Shown here in pieces: positions 31,249 through 41,711 of a DNA stretch of 64,000 nt. A model generated the notes under the pieces. The model saw only the letters and a program-made list of their open reading frames with translations, had not been told where the DNA came from and searched no databases. The stretch covers positions 1,952,001 through 2,016,000 of the forward strand of contig CBDFJF010000001.1 in the NCBI GenBank assembly GCA_965248265.1. Reading direction: 5' to 3'. Made by a program: the position numbers and the translations under genes. This DNA is from Candidatus Latescibacterota bacterium (GTDB lineage Bacteria > Latescibacterota > UBA2968 > UBA8231). Position 1 is the first letter of the stretch. Every line of letters starts with the position of its first letter.

Positions 31249-32102
31249 CTCGCGGTCAACTCGCTCTTGCTGTGTAGTCTGATCTCGTACACCTGTTCAG
31301 GGCAGAATACGTCACTGTGACTAAGGGTCGGCCAATCCGGTGGCAACAGCACGGCGCATGTCGTGCCGTTGACATGGTAGAGGCGATGCCACAATCCCTC
31401 TGGTACGCCTTCGAGGATTCCAGTGAACACCGGCTCGTTTACCATCCATCCACCCAGTGAGTAATCGTGCCACACTACGGCAGAGTGCTGGGCGCACACC
31501 GATAGTGCGTTGCGGGTGTCGCTCAGGACAGCGCCGAATGTGTGGTCGGCATCGATGAAGACGAGGTTGAATCTTCGTTCCAACTGGCTGAAATCGAGCT
31601 CGAGAGAATTCGCGTAGACTACTTCGAGATTCGCGATGTCATTGGCAAACATCAGATTGGCATCGACCAGACTCTCTCGATATCCGAAATCCGCCATCTG
31701 CACTTTCGAGAACGTGATCGATGTCACTGATGAGGCGAATGGACTGACACTTGCCAGCACTTCGCCGCGAAGAGAGCCGATCTCCAGGAAATGACATCCC
31801 TCAAACCGAGCCGCTAATCCCTGAAGGAGAACGTGCTCCAACGGATGTGCACTCCAAGGCGCAAATGAATAGTGCGACAGGCCAAACGGACCACTTCCTG
31901 CCAGGTCGGCGAGTGTGATCAACGGCAGTTGATCGGACCCGAAGCGCGTCGTCAGATGCTTGTGTCTGGGTACCATCCTGCGGTCAATGGCGAGCACGCC
32001 TTTCGCCGTGCGTCGCGGAAAACGAGCCGCCCGATACACAACTCCAAGGAAAGGCCAGATCATCTTCTTCAGTCGTTTCAGCAATGCCAGCGCAGCCATC
32101 AA
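31245..32102 (-). CDS. class I SAM-dependent methyltransferase (Methyltransf_24-like)
   Basis: FLEIGSLRG, LVFIDADHTFGAVLSD, VVWHDY. Confidence 0.88.
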   Translation of the reverse strand: MMAALALLKRLKKMIWPFLGVVYRAARFPRRTAKGVLAIDRRMVPRHKHLTTRFGSDQLPLITLADLAGSGPFGLSHYSFAPWSAHPLEHVLLQGLAARFEGCHFLEIGSLRGEVLASVSPFASSVTSITFSKVQMADFGYRESLVDANLMFANDIANLEVVYANSLELDFSQLERRFNLVFIDADHTFGAVLSDTRNALSVCAQHSAVVWHDYSLGGWMVNEPVFTGILEGVPEGLWHRLYHVNGTTCAVLLPPDWPTLSHSDVFCPEQVYEIRLHSKSELTAR

Positions 32103-32743
32103 CGGACACCCGTGTCGGGATCGTCTTGATAGAGAGCGCGTTTACGAGAACGGTCAGATCTATCCCCTGCCTCCGTCGGCTTCGGAGCGCCGTATTGGCG
32201 GCTCCTAGTTTCAGCGATCAGCCGGGCGATTATCGGAACTGCGCCCGCGACGTCGGCAACAACATAGTCAGGCATGGTGGCCAATTCCGCGTGAGTACGC
32301 TTGCTTGGATTGACCAGGAAGGTCCTGGCCTCAATTGCAGATCCCAACTCCATGTCGCAACTTCGGTCGCCGATGACAAAACTGTCTCGTGGCTGGAAGT
32401 CGTGGTCCCTGGCGGCGCTGTGCACCAACCCCACCTGTGGCTTGCGGCACTCGCAACCCACACCGGGTGAATGCGGACAGAAATAGATCCCGTCAAGGAC
32501 TACACCTTCATCCCCTAACACTTGGTTGAGCCGGTCGTGAACCAGGTCCAGCTGAGCACGACCGAATAGCCCGCGCCCTATGCCCGATTGGTTGGTGACG
32601 ATGACGAGTCCCAGAGACATTGCCTGGAGCTGACGCAGTCCATCGGCGACGCCCGGTAGCAGCTCTACCTGACGGGGATCTGATAGATAATGGCAGTCCT
32701 TGATGATCGTGCCATCGCGATCAAAGATAACGAAGCTTCTCAA
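32099..32743 (-). CDS. gmhB: D-glycero-D-manno-heptose 1,7-bisphosphate phosphatase-like HAD IIIA
   Basis: FDRDGTI, VTNQSGIGRG, FCPH...CECRKP, IGDRSCD. Confidence 0.9.
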   Translation of the reverse strand: MRSFVIFDRDGTIIKDCHYLSDPRQVELLPGVADGLRQLQAMSLGLVIVTNQSGIGRGLFGRAQLDLVHDRLNQVLGDEGVVLDGIYFCPHSPGVGCECRKPQVGLVHSAARDHDFQPRDSFVIGDRSCDMELGSAIEARTFLVNPSKRTHAELATMPDYVVADVAGAVPIIARLIAETRSRQYGAPKPTEAGDRSDRSRKRALYQDDPDTGVR

Positions 32744-32776
32744 TTCGCCAACGCCTCCAAGGTCATGTCGCTAGCA

Positions 32777-33949
32777 CTAGCAGCTGGAAAAATTCGGTGC
32801 CGCCTGGGCAAACGCTGCACGGATATTCTCCAATGTATCATCACCCCAGAACCACGTTTGACCCTGAAGGCAGAAGTGCGGGTTCGCGCCTACCTGCAGA
32901 CCGGTCAGCGCTGCTCTGACTCTCATGCCAGGATCCCTGTCTATTGGCAAAAACATGACATACCGAGCAAATCTGTTGTGGACCGCCAGATAGAAGGGAC
33001 CGCTGCCGATTCCCAGATTCAGCCACGCGCGCTGGTAGAGAGCCGCGCGAAGTTGAACGTTCCACGCAGCTGCAGTGAACAGGAAGTGACGCCCTATCCG
33101 AGCTCGTTTGTTGAGTTCGAAGGAGGAATCCGTATCTGGAACGAAGATTGGGAAATAGAGCGTGTCGTCGAGTCCATTGGCAAAATGAATCCAGCTGTCG
33201 AGCTGGCTATTTCGCTCGGGCAGGAATTCGCTGTCGCGAATAGTGATCACGACTGGCTTGCGGCCACTGGCAAGCTCGTCGAGGACCTCGTCGACATACA
33301 ACAAAGCACCACGAGGTGCCTCCAGCAGTCGGAACAGCTCAGCCGGTTCGGTTTCTACGCCGTATCCCGGATGGTCGAGAAACATCGGGCTGTCCACCAT
33401 ATAGTGATCCGGGAAGATCTGCGACACTGGTACGTCCCATAGTGCCTGAGCCTGGGTGCGAGTTCCGCAAATTGTAATCCTGCCTACAGTCGGCATCAGT
33501 TGGAGGCAGGGGATCACTAGGTTCTGTACTCTCCACATCCTCTTGTGGTCGCCAATAAGGTCGTCGTACTTGACACTTTTCTGCCCGCATCGGGCCATCA
33601 CTGACTTGAACTCAGGCCACAATGGAACGACAATGACATGAATATGGCCCAGCCCTCGCTGGCGCCGAGCCAACTCAGCATGAGTCAGATTCCAGAGAAT
33701 GTCATAGCTCGCCGGACACACGGTTTCATCCCAGAAATATCGCAGTTCGCCGACTGCGCGCTGGGACCCGGAGGAGGGGCGAATTCTACTTGAGAAGAGA
33801 CGTTTCGCTAGCTCTCGCTTGACCTCGCGAAAGCGCTTGCTGGCCAAACCGAATGTCGTCGACGGGTAGAGCCACTCCCTCATCAGTCTAGCCCCGAGCC
33901 AATCCCAGCCGTATCTGCGGAAATTCCGGATAAACCGCATTGCCCTCAC
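32777..33949 (-). CDS. hypothetical protein, possibly a divergent glycosyltransferase
   Basis: 390-aa in-operon ORF; VITIRDS...RNS and LRAALYQRAWLNLGIGSGP recall GT-B-like C-terminal domains. Confidence 0.55.
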   Translation of the reverse strand: MRAMRFIRNFRRYGWDWLGARLMREWLYPSTTFGLASKRFREVKRELAKRLFSSRIRPSSGSQRAVGELRYFWDETVCPASYDILWNLTHAELARRQRGLGHIHVIVVPLWPEFKSVMARCGQKSVKYDDLIGDHKRMWRVQNLVIPCLQLMPTVGRITICGTRTQAQALWDVPVSQIFPDHYMVDSPMFLDHPGYGVETEPAELFRLLEAPRGALLYVDEVLDELASGRKPVVITIRDSEFLPERNSQLDSWIHFANGLDDTLYFPIFVPDTDSSFELNKRARIGRHFLFTAAAWNVQLRAALYQRAWLNLGIGSGPFYLAVHNRFARYVMFLPIDRDPGMRVRAALTGLQVGANPHFCLQGQTWFWGDDTLENIRAAFAQAAPNFSSC

Positions 33950-33977
33950 GGGGCGACTCCAGCTGCTTCACTCACCC

Positions 33978-35150
33978 TCAAGTGTACTGACCGATAGAGC
34001 GGAGGAATGCCTCATCAGGAGTCAAGAGCTGATCCTCTCCCATCAGAGTGATGTAGAAGTCTACCAACTCCCGCGCACCGACAAGTTTGGTCGAAGTGCG
34101 GAGTCGTCGCGCCGCGAGAATACTCCTGGACAAGGGATTCCGTGTCGATGAGTATACTGGGGGCCAGTATCTAAGGGAGCCCTCCTGTGTGCCCAGAACG
34201 CGGCACTTCAGCGCCGTCACCAGAAGTGCGCGCCGCTCACGAGACCAGCGCATCAACCTGGGCAAACGCGCCGCCGCCGCCGCATTCTCGTTGTCCTCCG
34301 GCACAAAGACTGTGATCCTGTCATCGTTGTGCACTAGGCGAAATCCGAATCGGTGGAACTGCCTCGAGACCATAGAGTGATGTACCCACGACTGTTTCCC
34401 CCAGCCCTGGAACACGAATGCCTTTACGCCCGCTCCGCTCAGCATCTTCCTGGCGATAATGAGAGCCATTGACAGGCTGTCCGGATGCATTTCCGCGAGA
34501 GCGTGATTACACGTGACGATATCGAACGATGGCACGTCTCCATCCAGCAGTCGGAAAAACTCCCACCAGGGGAAATGCACAGCGCCCCCGGGAACAAGAC
34601 CACCATCCCATCTCGCATCGGTCGCCAACTCGGCAACGCGACCGTTAGTCATACTGTGCCAGAGTCGGTTCTGAAGGAGATAGAACGCCTGGGCTACGTC
34701 AGTTGAGGCGTAGCTCCAGCCGTTCAGCATGAGAAGGCAGCCCACATAGCCCGAGCCAGGGCCAATTTCGAAGACGCGGCCGGCGGCGGCGCCCAGCACA
34801 CTGCACAGTTCGTTGTAGATGTTGAGCGACCGCAAAAGACTGCTCCTGGTCGAAAGGGGACGCGAGAATTGAGTCATGCTGAAGTCTCGTACTCTCTCTG
34901 CCACGTCCCGCATCTGGCCGAATTCCTCCGGAGTCAGTCCGCCTTCTAAGAGATGATCCAGATCCCTCTCAAAGCGGGTCTCGTGCATGACGTCCAGGTA
35001 CTTCCACAGCTCACTTTCGAACCGCACACGAGTCGGATATCCCGTTCTGCCAAACGCCACGGGCTCCACCGTCAACAGCGAGCGATTTGGGAGCTTAGCG
35101 ATGCCCTCCTGTTCCCTCCGCTCGTAATCCCTGACTGTCAACATTGTCAT
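33978..35150 (-). CDS. putative SAM-dependent (sugar) methyltransferase
   Basis: VFEIGPGSGYVG, DVAQAFYLLQ, FDIVTCNHALAEMH. Confidence 0.75.
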   Translation of the reverse strand: MTMLTVRDYERREQEGIAKLPNRSLLTVEPVAFGRTGYPTRVRFESELWKYLDVMHETRFERDLDHLLEGGLTPEEFGQMRDVAERVRDFSMTQFSRPLSTRSSLLRSLNIYNELCSVLGAAAGRVFEIGPGSGYVGCLLMLNGWSYASTDVAQAFYLLQNRLWHSMTNGRVAELATDARWDGGLVPGGAVHFPWWEFFRLLDGDVPSFDIVTCNHALAEMHPDSLSMALIIARKMLSGAGVKAFVFQGWGKQSWVHHSMVSRQFHRFGFRLVHNDDRITVFVPEDNENAAAAARLPRLMRWSRERRALLVTALKCRVLGTQEGSLRYWPPVYSSTRNPLSRSILAARRLRTSTKLVGARELVDFYITLMGEDQLLTPDEAFLRSIGQYT

Positions 35151-36517
35151 TCCTCACCTGCCGAGTGGCACTTCATCAGCTCATATGCGGTCCACGGTAC
35201 TGCCACGAGCCACCAAACGGCAGTCACGCACACAAGTAGCCATACCAGCCCGAAGTGTGGCAACACTGTGAAACACGCACAGGCGATAACGGCGCCTCGC
35301 ACGATTCCAAGGCTGGTCTGCGGGTTCTTGTGCGCCAGCAGGAGGTAGCTGCCACCCGTGATCAAACTCCGCCCAAGCTCGGTGAGAATGAGCAACCCTA
35401 ACACGCCGAGACTCGACAGGCGATCAGGGAAAAACCCGTAGCGACCAAAGGCGTGAACGACGAGGAACAGGGCGAGCGCCCCGAGTCCGAACAACAGTAT
35501 GTGAGCCACGGTCAGCACGGCCGTCAGTTTGAAGCTTTCCTCTCTCTCTCCGCTCACTACGAGCATATTTATCCGGGGTATCTTAGAGGCGACTATAGAG
35601 TAGGATATGGAGAAAACTGACTTCACCAGCACCAGCGTGAGTCCCAACTGACCAGCAACCACCGATCCTTCGACTTTGTAGACTGCGGGGACGAACAGAA
35701 AGTAGGTCAGATAGTTGCTTAAGACTGCGGGTATCATCTTCGTCTGTAGCTCAACTATCTCTCGCTTTGGTCCGTATACTTCACCAGTTGGATGACGGCC
35801 GAGCTGTCCCCAAAACCGCTTTCCGATCAGGGCGATGCAGGTCACGCTCAGAATCGCGCCGGCAGCGTGCGCGATTGGCAGTGCCCAGAGACCGCCTCCG
35901 TAGAACAAAATTACCCACATGATCAACGACAAGCTTATTGACCCGAAGAACGTAGCCCGCTGGGCTGGAGCAACTTCGTTCAGCCCCCGGTATATGGCCG
36001 GCGGCAGTGTGGAGAACAGGTACAACCCTGTGGCGCACGAATACAGCACCCAGGATAGACGAATTGGTAGGCTTTCGTCCCTGAAGTAGATCAGCCCGGC
36101 AACAGCCAACAGGAATGCGGCAACGATAGCGGCCAAGAAAAAGAGCTTAATTGCCTGTCTCGCCAAGCTAAGGAGGCGATTGAGATGGTGCGCGTTTCCG
36201 ACCAGACACCCATCAATGAGCTTCAAATGGGCGTACTCGTAACTGATGAACTGTGAGGTCACATGACAAAACCCCAGCTCACAGACGATCGCGAGGGCAG
36301 CTATGTTGCTGAAGGTGTACCAGAGTCCCTGTTCCTCAATGCTCAGAAAGACCACTATGAAATAGGCACTCACCCACCCTCTTAGGAGCGACCAGACGTT
36401 GGTGAGGCCGATCCACATCGTGCCACCGTCGATGATGTAACCGTCTACGCTGAAGAGCAATGCCCATCGACTGGTGAGCCTATGACGATGGGCCAAAAAC
36501 CAATGCCTCAGATGCAA
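35147..36517 (-). CDS. wzx: Wzx-like polysaccharide flippase
   Basis: FLSIEEQGLWYTF...ELGF, AGQLGLT, about 12 TM; start may be later than 36517. Confidence 0.8.
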   Translation of the reverse strand: MHLRHWFLAHRHRLTSRWALLFSVDGYIIDGGTMWIGLTNVWSLLRGWVSAYFIVVFLSIEEQGLWYTFSNIAALAIVCELGFCHVTSQFISYEYAHLKLIDGCLVGNAHHLNRLLSLARQAIKLFFLAAIVAAFLLAVAGLIYFRDESLPIRLSWVLYSCATGLYLFSTLPPAIYRGLNEVAPAQRATFFGSISLSLIMWVILFYGGGLWALPIAHAAGAILSVTCIALIGKRFWGQLGRHPTGEVYGPKREIVELQTKMIPAVLSNYLTYFLFVPAVYKVEGSVVAGQLGLTLVLVKSVFSISYSIVASKIPRINMLVVSGEREESFKLTAVLTVAHILLFGLGALALFLVVHAFGRYGFFPDRLSSLGVLGLLILTELGRSLITGGSYLLLAHKNPQTSLGIVRGAVIACACFTVLPHFGLVWLLVCVTAVWWLVAVPWTAYELMKCHSAGEE

Positions 36518-36562
36518 CAGGACCCTCTCCCCAGTTCGGGACCGACACTTACTGGGCTCAAA

Positions 36563-37516
36563 TTATGAAGGGATTCCGAGAAGTTCGGCGTGGTAATCAC
36601 CCTCACGCCAGTCCACGACGTGTGAGGTCTCCGCCAAACGCTGAAACAGCGCCGTGTTCGCAAGTGCCTGACCTTGCAGGTGTACTCCGCCACCGAGGTG
36701 TTGGATGTCCATCTGCCCATAGACGTAGACTGCTGCCGCCTTCACAGCACTCAGATACTCGTCCTGCAGGCCTTCCGGGAACTCGGTCAGGGCCATGGTG
36801 GAAATCAGGAATGGCGGAGACTCAAACTCCGATACCAGCCGAACATACGCCTCGGAGGGAACGAGGCGAACCGGAGATGCTGAGGTGCCGCAGAGATAGT
36901 CCGTGCCGTTCCATATGGCTATTTCATCGCCCGCGAAAAACTCCGTCAGGTAGTATCTCTGAATGACTATGGAGATGGGCACGTCTACTATGTAGTACCG
37001 CCCGGCAACGGAGTATTCTCGAAGCAGACGAGCCAGGTTGCCAAATCCCCCGCCTATTTCAAGAAAATCCATCGCGCGCCCAAAGTAGCTCCGAGTGAAC
37101 TGATGCAGCACGGCGAGATGGTACAGGTGGCGCATGGCCGTTCTGGTGATGTAGCAGCCTCTTACCGTCGCGAGATCGGTAGGACTTCCGCACAGTGATT
37201 CACGATATGTCGACAGGAAGAAGGCAAGAACCTCGCTACCGTAATGCGACTCCAGTCGCACCAGATATTCTTCGCCGCCTCCATGGCATATGTGGTCGGC
37301 GATTCTCTCATCCTCCTGAAATTTGAGAAGGCCACCGCTGCGCACCGCAGCGTCCATCCTCCAGTGAGGAGCTGTCCACGCGGCCTCCGTCTCTGACTCG
37401 TCGTTTATCTCTGAACGCTGTGAAGCGTGCAAGGCGTCGAGAAGCTCAACGCATTCGTGCGCCCTTCGCTCGCGTGAGCCGGTATCCCGTTCTCGTATTG
37501 GGTTAACTGTGAGCAC
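36563..37516 (-). CDS. putative sugar O-methyltransferase (NanM-like)
   Basis: FLEIGGGFGNLAR, YYIVDVP...IQRYYL, ISTMALTE. Confidence 0.8.
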   Translation of the reverse strand: MLTVNPIRERDTGSRERRAHECVELLDALHASQRSEINDESETEAAWTAPHWRMDAAVRSGGLLKFQEDERIADHICHGGGEEYLVRLESHYGSEVLAFFLSTYRESLCGSPTDLATVRGCYITRTAMRHLYHLAVLHQFTRSYFGRAMDFLEIGGGFGNLARLLREYSVAGRYYIVDVPISIVIQRYYLTEFFAGDEIAIWNGTDYLCGTSASPVRLVPSEAYVRLVSEFESPPFLISTMALTEFPEGLQDEYLSAVKAAAVYVYGQMDIQHLGGGVHLQGQALANTALFQRLAETSHVVDWREGDYHAELLGIPS

Positions 37517-37518
37517 GC

Positions 37519-37863
37519 TTAGTCAGGGGTCCTGTCGAGAGCATGAAGAACCTTCTCAACGGTCACGAGACCGGTAAAGCGTGTCTCGGTACCGTCGGGA
37601 TGAAGAACAATTACCATTGGCAATAGGGCGACGGCGAACGCTGCGGTGATTCTCGGGCACTCGTCGATATTGATCTTGAACACGTCGATCTCAGCACCTA
37701 TAGCCTGGGCCAACTTTGACATGGCCGCCACATTGTGGCGACAGGCCTCGCACCTGTAGCTCCAGAACTCCAAAACAACAAAAGCAGATCGAATACGCAG
37801 CTGGTCGGCGAGAGCATCGTCAGAAAGGTGTCGCGGTCTTACTTCCGACATCGAATCGGTCAC
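37519..37863 (-). CDS. thioredoxin-family protein
   Basis: VVLEFWSYRCEAC, FKINIDECP, LLPMVI; GTGA overlap with the upstream stop. Confidence 0.8.
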   Translation of the reverse strand: MTDSMSEVRPRHLSDDALADQLRIRSAFVVLEFWSYRCEACRHNVAAMSKLAQAIGAEIDVFKINIDECPRITAAFAVALLPMVIVLHPDGTETRFTGLVTVEKVLHALDRTPD

Positions 37864-38825
37864 TTCCGCGCCTCCGCAGCCTCTGCTTCGGGATCACGAT
37901 GAATGCCTCGGAGAAGCCGCAAGGTCTCCTCTACGGCTTTTCCCAAATCGCCATATGCGGAGAAGCCAAGCTCCGAAATTTTCTCGCTGGATACTTCGTA
38001 GGACAGCTGATTCATAACTGGCGCATCCACCAACTCGACACGTATGTCGGCAATGTGCTCTCGTATGTACTGCAGAATCTCTGCTACCGTGGCGTTACTG
38101 GTCACCACGTTATAAAGGTGCCCGTCGGCACTCTTTGTCTGCGTTGCAAAGTGCAAAGCCCTCACCGCATCCCCGAGCTCCAGATACGGCCGCATCTGGT
38201 TCATCGCGGTGCGCCACACCGTCAGTGGCTCACCGACGGAGGCCTGCCAGCAAAACTTGTTCACAGCCGTGTGGAATCGCATCCCTGCTGAGGCCCCGCA
38301 GATGGTACCGAAACGCAGTATGGTGGCTTGAAGGCCCTGTTCGCGCACAAGACGGCCGAGGAGGATCTCGGCCTGCAGCTTGCTATCCGCGTAGGGGCTC
38401 TGGGGACGTAATTCGCTCTCACTACACCCCTCGTCTACAATGGATTTCTGAGTGCCGTACACGCTTGTGGTAGATGGGAATAACATCCTGCTGCCGTGTT
38501 GGACGCAGGCTGTTGCCAGATGTCGCGTGCCATCCACGTTAACTCTGTAAACGAGATCTCGGTTCTCGAAACTATTGACTGCGTCGGTCGCAGCCGCCAG
38601 GTGAATGACGGTGTCAACATCTTGGAGTAGATCGCCAAAGTCCACTTCGCATATATCCGCCTGGACAAAACGGTATCTGATCTCGGGAGGCAGGTCGAAT
38701 AATGAGCAATAGCGCTGCGTGGATAGGTCATCCACTAGGACGACTTCGTCCACGGCACCCGGATCGAGTGAGCGAATCAGACAAGACCCAATGTGTCCCA
38801 GAGGCCCTGTTATCAAGATCTTCAT
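37860..38825 (-). CDS. NAD-dependent epimerase/dehydratase (extended SDR)
   Basis: MKILITGPLGHIG, HLAA, STTSVYG, YADSK, LRFGT. Confidence 0.92.
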   Translation of the reverse strand: MKILITGPLGHIGSCLIRSLDPGAVDEVVLVDDLSTQRYCSLFDLPPEIRYRFVQADICEVDFGDLLQDVDTVIHLAAATDAVNSFENRDLVYRVNVDGTRHLATACVQHGSRMLFPSTTSVYGTQKSIVDEGCSESELRPQSPYADSKLQAEILLGRLVREQGLQATILRFGTICGASAGMRFHTAVNKFCWQASVGEPLTVWRTAMNQMRPYLELGDAVRALHFATQTKSADGHLYNVVTSNATVAEILQYIREHIADIRVELVDAPVMNQLSYEVSSEKISELGFSAYGDLGKAVEETLRLLRGIHRDPEAEAAEARK

Positions 38826-38862
38826 TGATAGGCCTGGTCGACTTAACGCGCTATGGCGCCCG

Positions 38863-39756
38863 TCATAAGCCCATTTCCCGCAGGGACATCGGCACACCCT
38901 CCTGGACGCCGATCTTTGGTTCCCAATCCAGGTCGCGAAGAGCCTTGCTGATGTCGCCGAAGGTGACGTTCATCTCGCCGCGTCTGCGGGGGATGTAGTC
39001 TATGTCTCCACCAATCAACTCGGCCATATGTTTTACCGTCACAGTAGTACCACTCCCGATGTTGTATATTTCCCCCGATTTATCGGATTCTAGGGCGGCG
39101 ATTATGGCATCAGTTACGTCCGAAATGTGGGTGAAATCTCGCGTCTGGGAGCCATCGCCGGTCACAGTGATTGGCTGGCCCTCTGCCATGAGTCTGACGA
39201 ACAGACCGAACATGGCGCTGGCCCGTGGTCCATAAAGGTTGAAGAAACGTAACGAGACGGCGGGCAAGCCATACACCTGTGCCCAGTGGATAACCATCTC
39301 TTCACCCATGCGCTTCATAAGTGCATAAGGGTATTGAGGGCGAATCGGAGCGTCTTCGGGTGTTGGGTATTCATCCGCATTGCCATAGCAAGCAGCCGAA
39401 CTAGGGTACACGAACCGCTTAGCAGACCTCGCCCTGCTGGCCTCGAGAACGTTGTAGGTGCCTCCGACCAACACATTCAGGTAGTCCCCAGGACTCTCCA
39501 CGGACTGGACGATATCCGTCAGCGCCGCCAAATGAACAACCCAATCAACGCCGTCAAATTCGCTTTTCCAATCTCCGGCCTCGGAAATATCCGACTCAAC
39601 GATCCGCAAAGCCGATGAACTGGCAATGTGGCCAAGATTCTCCGGAGTGCTCCCGACCATGTTATCGATCACGACAACATCGTGCTGTTGGTCGATCAGC
39701 TTGGGGACCAAGTGCGAGCCGATGAAACCACAACCACCCGTGACGACAACCTTCAT
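38863..39756 (-). CDS. NAD-dependent epimerase/dehydratase (extended SDR)
   Basis: TGGCGFIG, SSAACYG, YALMK, LRFFNLYGP, GDGSQTRDF. Confidence 0.93.
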   Translation of the reverse strand: MKVVVTGGCGFIGSHLVPKLIDQQHDVVVIDNMVGSTPENLGHIASSSALRIVESDISEAGDWKSEFDGVDWVVHLAALTDIVQSVESPGDYLNVLVGGTYNVLEASRARSAKRFVYPSSAACYGNADEYPTPEDAPIRPQYPYALMKRMGEEMVIHWAQVYGLPAVSLRFFNLYGPRASAMFGLFVRLMAEGQPITVTGDGSQTRDFTHISDVTDAIIAALESDKSGEIYNIGSGTTVTVKHMAELIGGDIDYIPRRRGEMNVTFGDISKALRDLDWEPKIGVQEGVPMSLREMGL

Positions 39757-40328
39757 CTATGCTCCTCCAGTGAATCCGAATCAACAGGATTTCTATCTCG
39801 ATAGCAGACGAACTCGTTATCCCAGACCGTCACCCGTTTCCAATAACGCATGCCGACCTTCGCCATAACTCGGCGCGAGGCAAGGTGGTCGGGATGAGTT
39901 ATAGCCACTATTTCGGCTAGCCCGAGTGGTCCAAAGCCGTAGTCAAGGGCCGTACGCACCGCTTCCGTCGCGTATCCCCGCCCCCAGTAATCGCTCCGAA
40001 TGAGGTATGAGACCTCCACTTTATCAAGAGGAGGTAGCCATCCCAACCCGCAATGTCCCAGTATCACGGAGTCTCTCTTGGTCTCTAAACACCAGATGCC
40101 GTATCCATGGCGTTGCCAGTGGTCGACCTTCGTCTGCAGCGATTGCCGCGTACGTCCGCAGTCTCGGGGTCCATTCATGAAGTGCATCGTCTTAGGGTCC
40201 GAAAAAATCTCATAGAACCCGGGCAGATCGGACTCTTGGAACTGGCGCAGTAGCAACCGATCTGACTCGCACTGTGGATATTGCTGACGATCGGGTATCG
40301 TGAGGGTACTTTGAGACAGATCAGACAT
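39753..40328 (-). CDS. GNAT N-acetyltransferase (RimJ/RimL-like)
   Basis: SDRLLLR, EVSY...YWGRGYATEA, ASRRVMAKVGM. Confidence 0.9.
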   Translation of the reverse strand: MSDLSQSTLTIPDRQQYPQCESDRLLLRQFQESDLPGFYEIFSDPKTMHFMNGPRDCGRTRQSLQTKVDHWQRHGYGIWCLETKRDSVILGHCGLGWLPPLDKVEVSYLIRSDYWGRGYATEAVRTALDYGFGPLGLAEIVAITHPDHLASRRVMAKVGMRYWKRVTVWDNEFVCYRDRNPVDSDSLEEHR

Positions 40329-40346
40329 CGAGTAGATTGGATAGTT

Positions 40347-41711
40347 TCAGGCAGATGCCTTTGTCTCCTGCGCAGTTTCGTTGAACACAGAGACATAAGC
40401 GTCGATTACGGCGTTCGCCTCATCGGCGGTGATGACATTTGGTGGATTGATGTTCGTCCGATGGAATTTCGCGCTCAGCATCATGCCGTGTTGATCGAGC
40501 ATGTCCCGCTCGAGCTTGGTGTTGAATTGCTCTCGGATTGCGCAATCGCAGGTTGGCGGCCTGGGGGCGGAACAGGCGCCACAGTCATATTCTATCGTCG
40601 TAAGCAGCCCACGTCCCCTGACGTTTCTGAAAAAGGGGTGGTCTCCCAACTCGTCAGATAAACGACGCCTCATTAGTGCGCCCAGCGAGTTGATGTGCTC
40701 CAGCATCGCGGGGATGTGCATTATGCGTTGCACCTCAAGTGCCGCCGCGACGCTTATCGGATGGCACTCGTATGTGGACCCGAGCATGACCCGACCCGTA
40801 TGTCCTGCAAGTGCCTCGACAAATTCGGCACGCGTGGCAACGGCACTTATTGGTGCGAATCCAGCCGCTAATTGTTTGCCCATACATACGAAATCCGGGG
40901 TCACGTTGTCCCACGCGATGCAATAGCTCTTCCCGCTGCGGCCGTTCCCGACATATACTTCGTCCAGGATCAAATGAACTCCATAGCGATCACAGATATC
41001 GCGAACGTGGCTGAAGTAGGTAGGGGCCGGGGGCACGTTCCCAACGAGCTGTCCGAGCATGGATTCGGCGACGAAAGCGCAGACTCGTTCAGGGCCAATC
41101 TCAAGAATCTTCGCCTCCAAATAACCCGCACTACGCGTCGCATACTCGTCGATGGACTCGCCCTTTGAGCGCAATGTGTACGGATTATGTTGAGGAATAC
41201 GTCCAACATTCTGCAGGTTGATCGGATCAAAGAAGTCGTAGATGGGAATCGTGGTTACCGAATTGGCTCCCGTCGTACAGCCGTGGAATGCGTCATCGCG
41301 GCATATGAACCAACTGCGATCAGCGTCACCGCAACTGTAGTGCACCTGGTAGCTCATTCGCATCGCAGACTCGATCGCCTCGCTGCCCGAACACCCTGAG
41401 TACCAGACGCGATCGAGACCCACGGGAGCATCGACCAGGATGAGATCTGCCAACTCATCGACCATGGCGTTCCGCCAGCCTTGCGTAGATGTGTAGCAAA
41501 AGAGCTCGAGCTGACGCCGCATGGCGTCGACCACCTGCGGATGCGCATGTCCGAGTTGCAAGCAGGCTGAGTAACCGGCGGTTAGATCCATGAGTCTACG
41601 GCCGTCTTCTCCCTCTACGTAGATCCCCTCGCCTCGTTTGAAGTATGGAAACGGAGGGGCACCAGGGTAGCGACGGATGACTTTGTCGCCATCAAGAACA
41701 GCATCGCTCAC
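40347..41711 (-). CDS. class III PLP-dependent aminotransferase
   Basis: LGHAHP, SGSEAIE, AFHGCT, LILDEVYVGNGRSG, PDFVCMGKQLAAG, VRGRGL. Confidence 0.93.
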   Translation of the reverse strand: MSDAVLDGDKVIRRYPGAPPFPYFKRGEGIYVEGEDGRRLMDLTAGYSACLQLGHAHPQVVDAMRRQLELFCYTSTQGWRNAMVDELADLILVDAPVGLDRVWYSGCSGSEAIESAMRMSYQVHYSCGDADRSWFICRDDAFHGCTTGANSVTTIPIYDFFDPINLQNVGRIPQHNPYTLRSKGESIDEYATRSAGYLEAKILEIGPERVCAFVAESMLGQLVGNVPPAPTYFSHVRDICDRYGVHLILDEVYVGNGRSGKSYCIAWDNVTPDFVCMGKQLAAGFAPISAVATRAEFVEALAGHTGRVMLGSTYECHPISVAAALEVQRIMHIPAMLEHINSLGALMRRRLSDELGDHPFFRNVRGRGLLTTIEYDCGACSAPRPPTCDCAIREQFNTKLERDMLDQHGMMLSAKFHRTNINPPNVITADEANAVIDAYVSVFNETAQETKASA

